Of a stretch of 64,000 bases of DNA, positions 59,969 to 64,000 are shown in pieces. Made by a program: the position numbers and the translations under genes. Below the pieces are notes generated by a model, which saw nothing but the letters and a program-made list of their open reading frames with translations, made no database searches and was not told the DNA's origin. Positions within the stretch are counted from its first letter, which is position 1. The number at the start of each line of letters is the position of its first letter. Location of the stretch: positions 1 to 64,000 of IMG/VR virus record IMGVR_UViG_3300005264_000008, one strand, 5' to 3'. The DNA is from a virus.

Positions 59969-60391
59969 TTGAATATGGAATCTCTAGTACAGACAAAAAA
60001 TGACTTTTTTGAACAAGTTAAATTAAATGTAATAACAGAAATATCATCACAAGTCTATAACAATACAGTAATTTTATCATCACCATCTAAAATTAAAAAA
60101 GTAATTGAACAATATTTGTTAGACAAAAATTTAGTAACATTACAAAATAAATTCATTGGTGCACGTGTTGTATTAGATGCAATTCTCGATGATGTTAATT
60201 TAGTAATTGACAGTGAAATTCGTGTTATTCGTGTACGTAAAATATTTGCATCAGCATTGATGGAATTGAAAGGTTATGTCAATGAATACACTAATACAAT
60301 GAAAAGATTTTCAAGTGGGAATCCAATTATAATATCAGATATAACATTGTTAACTTTTTTATTAAAAGACTTAATTCAACTATATTTATAA
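59969..60391 (+). CDS. Hypothetical protein
   Basis: 140-aa ORF. Confidence 0.55.
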   Translation: MNMESLVQTKNDFFEQVKLNVITEISSQVYNNTVILSSPSKIKKVIEQYLLDKNLVTLQNKFIGARVVLDAILDDVNLVIDSEIRVIRVRKIFASALMELKGYVNEYTNTMKRFSSGNPIIISDITLLTFLLKDLIQLYL

Positions 60392-60404
60392 ATAAAAACA
60401 ACAA

Positions 60405-61517
60405 ATGAGAAAAACTAAATACATCATACTAATATCAGCAATATTATTAGCTATGACAGCAGGATATATGTCAATATTTGGATTGACAACTTTACTTAAA
60501 GGTAATATATATGTAATTGGAATTATGGCTATATTATTAGAAATCGCAAAAATATTAAATATTACTTATTTGCACAATGAATGGAAGAGAATTAAAATAT
60601 TACATAAAATTTTTATTTTCTTAACAACAATTATATTATTAGTTATTACCAGTAGTGGTGTATTTGGATTCTTAAAAAATTCTAGTATAGAAACAATTGG
60701 TAAAGTTAAACAAATTGAGCTATTGGTTTCACAGGTTGATAGAAAGATTAATTTTCTAACAGAAGATGAAATCAAACTAGAAAATAAAATCAAAGAACAC
60801 CAATTACAATTAGCTGATGACCAAAAATTATTGAACGATATTACTTCTAACCAAACTAATATGTCGGTGTTAAATGATACAACTTCAAAATTTTGGGCTA
60901 AATATAGTTTTGTAAACAAAGCATCAGAATTAAAAGATAAAGTAACAGAACAAATTGATATACATCGAGAAAATATTGCTAAAGAAGAACAAAAACATAA
61001 TGTATTGCGAAATGATATTGACTCACTTGAATCATATATGCTAGACTTACAAAATAATAATATAGGTGTTAAACAAGAACTTGGTCCTTTTTATTCATTT
61101 TCACAGTTGATATTTAATAAAGAAGTATTATCGACTAAGGAACTTGAAACAACAGTCAATTGGTATATATTCATATTGATATTTGTTTTTGACCCTACTG
61201 CTGTTAGTTTAATATTAATATATCTAAATATAAATAAACGTCAAAATATCGATTCTAACGGTGATTCTTCAACAAGTGATAACAACACACCAATTAAAAA
61301 AGATAATACATTAGAAGCAGAATTACACCATGACAAAGACATAAATAAACAATCAATTAAAGAAGGTGTTGAACATGTGCCAAAAAAAGATGTGATTACC
61401 GATGACTTCACTTTCAAAGATGCTCCAATTAAAAAAACAGATAATGCAAAAATAAAACCCAAAAAAATGACTACTTGGTATGATGTTGATTCGGCTGGTG
61501 GAATGAAAAAACGGTAA
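60405..61517 (+). CDS. Membrane protein with three N-terminal TMs, coiled coil and a fourth TM
   Basis: LEIAK, TSSGVFGFL, LIFVFDP motifs. Confidence 0.65.
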   Translation: MRKTKYIILISAILLAMTAGYMSIFGLTTLLKGNIYVIGIMAILLEIAKILNITYLHNEWKRIKILHKIFIFLTTIILLVITSSGVFGFLKNSSIETIGKVKQIELLVSQVDRKINFLTEDEIKLENKIKEHQLQLADDQKLLNDITSNQTNMSVLNDTTSKFWAKYSFVNKASELKDKVTEQIDIHRENIAKEEQKHNVLRNDIDSLESYMLDLQNNNIGVKQELGPFYSFSQLIFNKEVLSTKELETTVNWYIFILIFVFDPTAVSLILIYLNINKRQNIDSNGDSSTSDNNTPIKKDNTLEAELHHDKDINKQSIKEGVEHVPKKDVITDDFTFKDAPIKKTDNAKIKPKKMTTWYDVDSAGGMKKR

Positions 61518-61542
61518 TTTAAAATAAATATGTTACAAATAT

Positions 61543-61575
61543 AAAAAATAGTGGAATTTAATTCCACTATTTTTT
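61543..61575. terminator. Bidirectional terminator
   Basis: AAAAAATAGTGGAATT-T-AATTCCACTATTTTTT between convergent genes. Confidence 0.75.
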
Positions 61576-61579
61576 ATAT

Positions 61580-62152
61580 TTAGGATTGAGTATTATCATA
61601 AAATCCATTGCGATTAAGATATTGTTTCATCTTACTAAATGAATACTTATTATAATCTGTATAATGTACAAAAACTGGATTACGACCTTTAACCCATTTG
61701 GTGAATTTCGGTAATGATTCAACTATACCATCAACATCTTCTTTATAAGTGTACATACCTATAATTTTATCCCTTTGATTATGAATCATAATTTCTTCAT
61801 ATCCATTTGAAAACGTGTGTTCTGCAAATCCTTCATTTAATTTCTTATTATTCATATATTTTTTAAAAAATGATTTTAATTCACCGATACTACCAGTGTT
61901 ATTTTTTATATCATCTATATAATTAAACTCATAATCAAAATCTAGCTGGTCACATAATTTCTTATATTCACCGAGCACATACTGATATGCTTTAGATGTA
62001 TTTGATACGTTTGTTTTTGTGTTTGTTTTTGTTTGTATATATTTAGCTAAATCCACTATATTTAATTCAATGGATTCGTCCAAATGTACATTTATTTTTT
62101 TTCTAACAACTGTTTCAATTATGTTAGTTAATTCTTGTTTTGTTATTTTCAT
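61580..62152 (-). CDS. Leader-family protein
   Basis: MKITKQELTNIIETVVRKKINVHLDE. Confidence 0.6.
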   Translation of the reverse strand: MKITKQELTNIIETVVRKKINVHLDESIELNIVDLAKYIQTKTNTKTNVSNTSKAYQYVLGEYKKLCDQLDFDYEFNYIDDIKNNTGSIGELKSFFKKYMNNKKLNEGFAEHTFSNGYEEIMIHNQRDKIIGMYTYKEDVDGIVESLPKFTKWVKGRNPVFVHYTDYNKYSFSKMKQYLNRNGFYDNTQS

Positions 62153-62180
62153 ATTTTTGTTTTTAATATTTTTAGTTTTA

Positions 62181-62996
62181 TTATTCCATAATTTTTATAA
62201 ATTCATCTAATATTTTTTTATATTTTGATTTATATTTATTATACCAATGTGATATAGCAAATAATTCTGCAAATTGTTCTCCTTTCCACGAATTAGGTGT
62301 TTTTGAATATGGAGTTGTATACCATTCATCTGTATAAAAATCAGTTGGTAATTTATTATATTTTTCAAACCGATGTCCAAGTTCATGTAAAATTATATAT
62401 GATATTGAAGCATATTCATCATTAAATGCTTTTATTTTATCAGGGCGAATCAATATAATATCTTGTTCTGATTTATATGTTGCGGTTGCTTTTGTTTTAG
62501 CTTTTTTTACAAAATATATTTTCAATGATGGTTTTAAAATTTTTTTATGAAATCCTTTTAATGATGAAAGAAATTTATCAATTTCATTACTTAATAATCT
62601 AAATCGTTTTTCACTTATAATAGATTCATTTATATATGTACCATTATTTAATTTTAATATTCTAAATTTATTTACATTTGAAAATTTTTTATTTATTGTA
62701 TCTATATCTGATATTTTATACCAACTGAACATTGCATCAATATATCTCATTGCATCTGGATTTGCTTCTACATCATTATTATAATATTTGGTAATATCTT
62801 TAAGTCTACTATCCAATGCATTTAAGTCTGTATGAAATTTTTTCATTCCCTTTGGTGCACGTCCTTTATAATCTAATGTTTTAAGCCAATTGCGTAATAA
62901 AGTAATATATTCATTAGTATTTTGTACATTTAATATATTATTTGATGTATATTTATCAATAGTTTCAGATATTATTTGATATAAATTTCCTTTCAT
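62181..62996 (-). CDS. Zincin-like HEXXH metallopeptidase domain protein with leader
   Basis: ILHELGHR...TPYS...EQFAELF; N-terminus MKGNLYQIISETIDKY. Confidence 0.65.
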   Translation of the reverse strand: MKGNLYQIISETIDKYTSNNILNVQNTNEYITLLRNWLKTLDYKGRAPKGMKKFHTDLNALDSRLKDITKYYNNDVEANPDAMRYIDAMFSWYKISDIDTINKKFSNVNKFRILKLNNGTYINESIISEKRFRLLSNEIDKFLSSLKGFHKKILKPSLKIYFVKKAKTKATATYKSEQDIILIRPDKIKAFNDEYASISYIILHELGHRFEKYNKLPTDFYTDEWYTTPYSKTPNSWKGEQFAELFAISHWYNKYKSKYKKILDEFIKIME

Positions 62997-62997
62997 A

Positions 62998-63861
62998 TTA
63001 TTTCTTTAATTTTCGCTTGATACTATATCTATTATCACTTATTTTTATCCATGTACCTTTAATTGGGCTATCTCCACTTGGTTTCCATTTGAAATGTAGT
63101 ATTCTATCAACAATACTATCTTGTTTTTCAGCATTTTGTTTATATGTCGAAATCGCATTATCTAACCTTTCGGTATATGCGAAAATAACTTCTTCACCAA
63201 CACCTCTGCCTTCCGTTTCTTCACGATACCTATCTCTTACAATACACAATTCAGGGTCAATTTCTAAATAAATTATAGTGTTATTATAATCATTATCATG
63301 TAATTTTTGTAAACGTGCCAGTAAAGTATCAGGACTAGCACCAACTGTATCAATTACTAGTATATTACCTGCTTTTTTAATTTTGGTATTAAACAATTGT
63401 TTATCAATTTCTTTTGCCAAAGAACGAATATCAAAATATGTTGCATAATATGGTTTATAAAAATCCATCCAAAATTTTTTAAATCCATTATTTTTATTTT
63501 CATTCCACCAATCAAGTGTGATTGGATGTATTATTTGGGTTTTTCTATTACTAACATAAGATGATTTAGATTTAAATACTGATATTACTTTTTGTAAATT
63601 TTTTTTCGTATTATGTAAATTTGATGATAGTGTTTTGTAATGATTTTGTGCAGTAATATACTGTAATGCTTTTACTTGACTATCACTGTTAGATACTTTA
63701 TAACCTTTAAATCCGTGAATGTATTTGTTTATTTCTTTATTTATAAATGTACTTTTTCCAGAAGCAGGTAATCCAGTTATAACAACTGTACGTTTCCCTA
63801 AGTCTTCTAAGAATTCAGTAACTAGTTGTTCTATTAATATTTTTAAATTTGTTTGTTTCAT
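62998..63861 (-). CDS. P-loop kinase (AAA_33/zeta-toxin-like) with leader
   Basis: VVITGLPASGKST, NSD, LVIDTVG, RDRYRE; N-terminus MKQTNLKILIEQLVTEFLE. Confidence 0.7.
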   Translation of the reverse strand: MKQTNLKILIEQLVTEFLEDLGKRTVVITGLPASGKSTFINKEINKYIHGFKGYKVSNSDSQVKALQYITAQNHYKTLSSNLHNTKKNLQKVISVFKSKSSYVSNRKTQIIHPITLDWWNENKNNGFKKFWMDFYKPYYATYFDIRSLAKEIDKQLFNTKIKKAGNILVIDTVGASPDTLLARLQKLHDNDYNNTIIYLEIDPELCIVRDRYREETEGRGVGEEVIFAYTERLDNAISTYKQNAEKQDSIVDRILHFKWKPSGDSPIKGTWIKISDNRYSIKRKLKK

Positions 63862-63885
63862 GTTATTATTATTGTTATTATTATT

Positions 63886-64000
63886 TTAATCTAAACTATA
63901 TTCACGCTTTTTGGTAGTATCAAATGGTTTAGCCAAAAAAACATTCAGTTTTAAATTGCTGTTTGTTATGGTCTCATAACGTCTACCTATACACAATTCA
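63886..64000 (-). CDS. 3' end of a gene starting beyond the window
   Basis: Open frame ...ELCIGRRYETITNSNLKLNVFLAKPFDTTKKREYSLD*. Confidence 0.45.
   Translation of the reverse strand, partial: ELCIGRRYETITNSNLKLNVFLAKPFDTTKKREYSLD

Noticed and set aside
2089-63271. Antisense or shadow ORFs in the track (e.g. 2089-2484, 3853-4344, 12644-13432, 31375-31827, 38705-39262)
   Set aside because: They lie opposite well-supported genes and have no recognisable motifs or leaders.
1-64000. Genome-wide stop-codon reassignment (TAG or TAA)
   Set aside because: Long conserved genes have no internal TAG or TAA. TAA ends most genes and TAG plausibly ends several (29739, 43813, 45886). The internal stops are sporadic and of both types.

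Overview
Very AT-rich 64-kb segment of a large T4-like or jumbo myophage genome, probably infecting Bacteroidota (TAnnTTTG promoter boxes, A-rich leaders without SD sequences). Gene order is scrambled. Virion genes: tail fibre, neck, tape measure, gp25, hub/spike, LysM/gp53-like. Replication genes: topoisomerase II subunits about 46 kb apart, primase, DnaB/gp41 helicase, clamp-loader subunits, 5'-3' exonuclease, SbcD-SbcC fusion, SNF2 helicase. Other genes: class II RNR with a LAGLIDADG intein, dUTPase, GroEL, a sigma-like factor, five DNA methyltransferases, a GGDEF protein and two tRNAs. Most interesting signals: (1) integron-like gene cassettes with attC-type hairpins and matched GTT/AAC core sites but no integrase in the window; (2) a shared C-terminal tag (N-N/K-L-F-N/K-F) on three divergent DNA methyltransferases and the sigma-like factor, a candidate sliding-clamp tether; (3) a tRNA minihelix with Gly identity elements at the head of the tRNA cluster; (4) a reusable N-terminal MK(I/L)TKKxLxxII leader on about a dozen otherwise unrelated proteins, a candidate capsid-targeting signal. 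About ten internal stops, frameshifts or short deletions are also present and may reflect decay or assembly error. All family calls come from motif recognition only; no database search was run.
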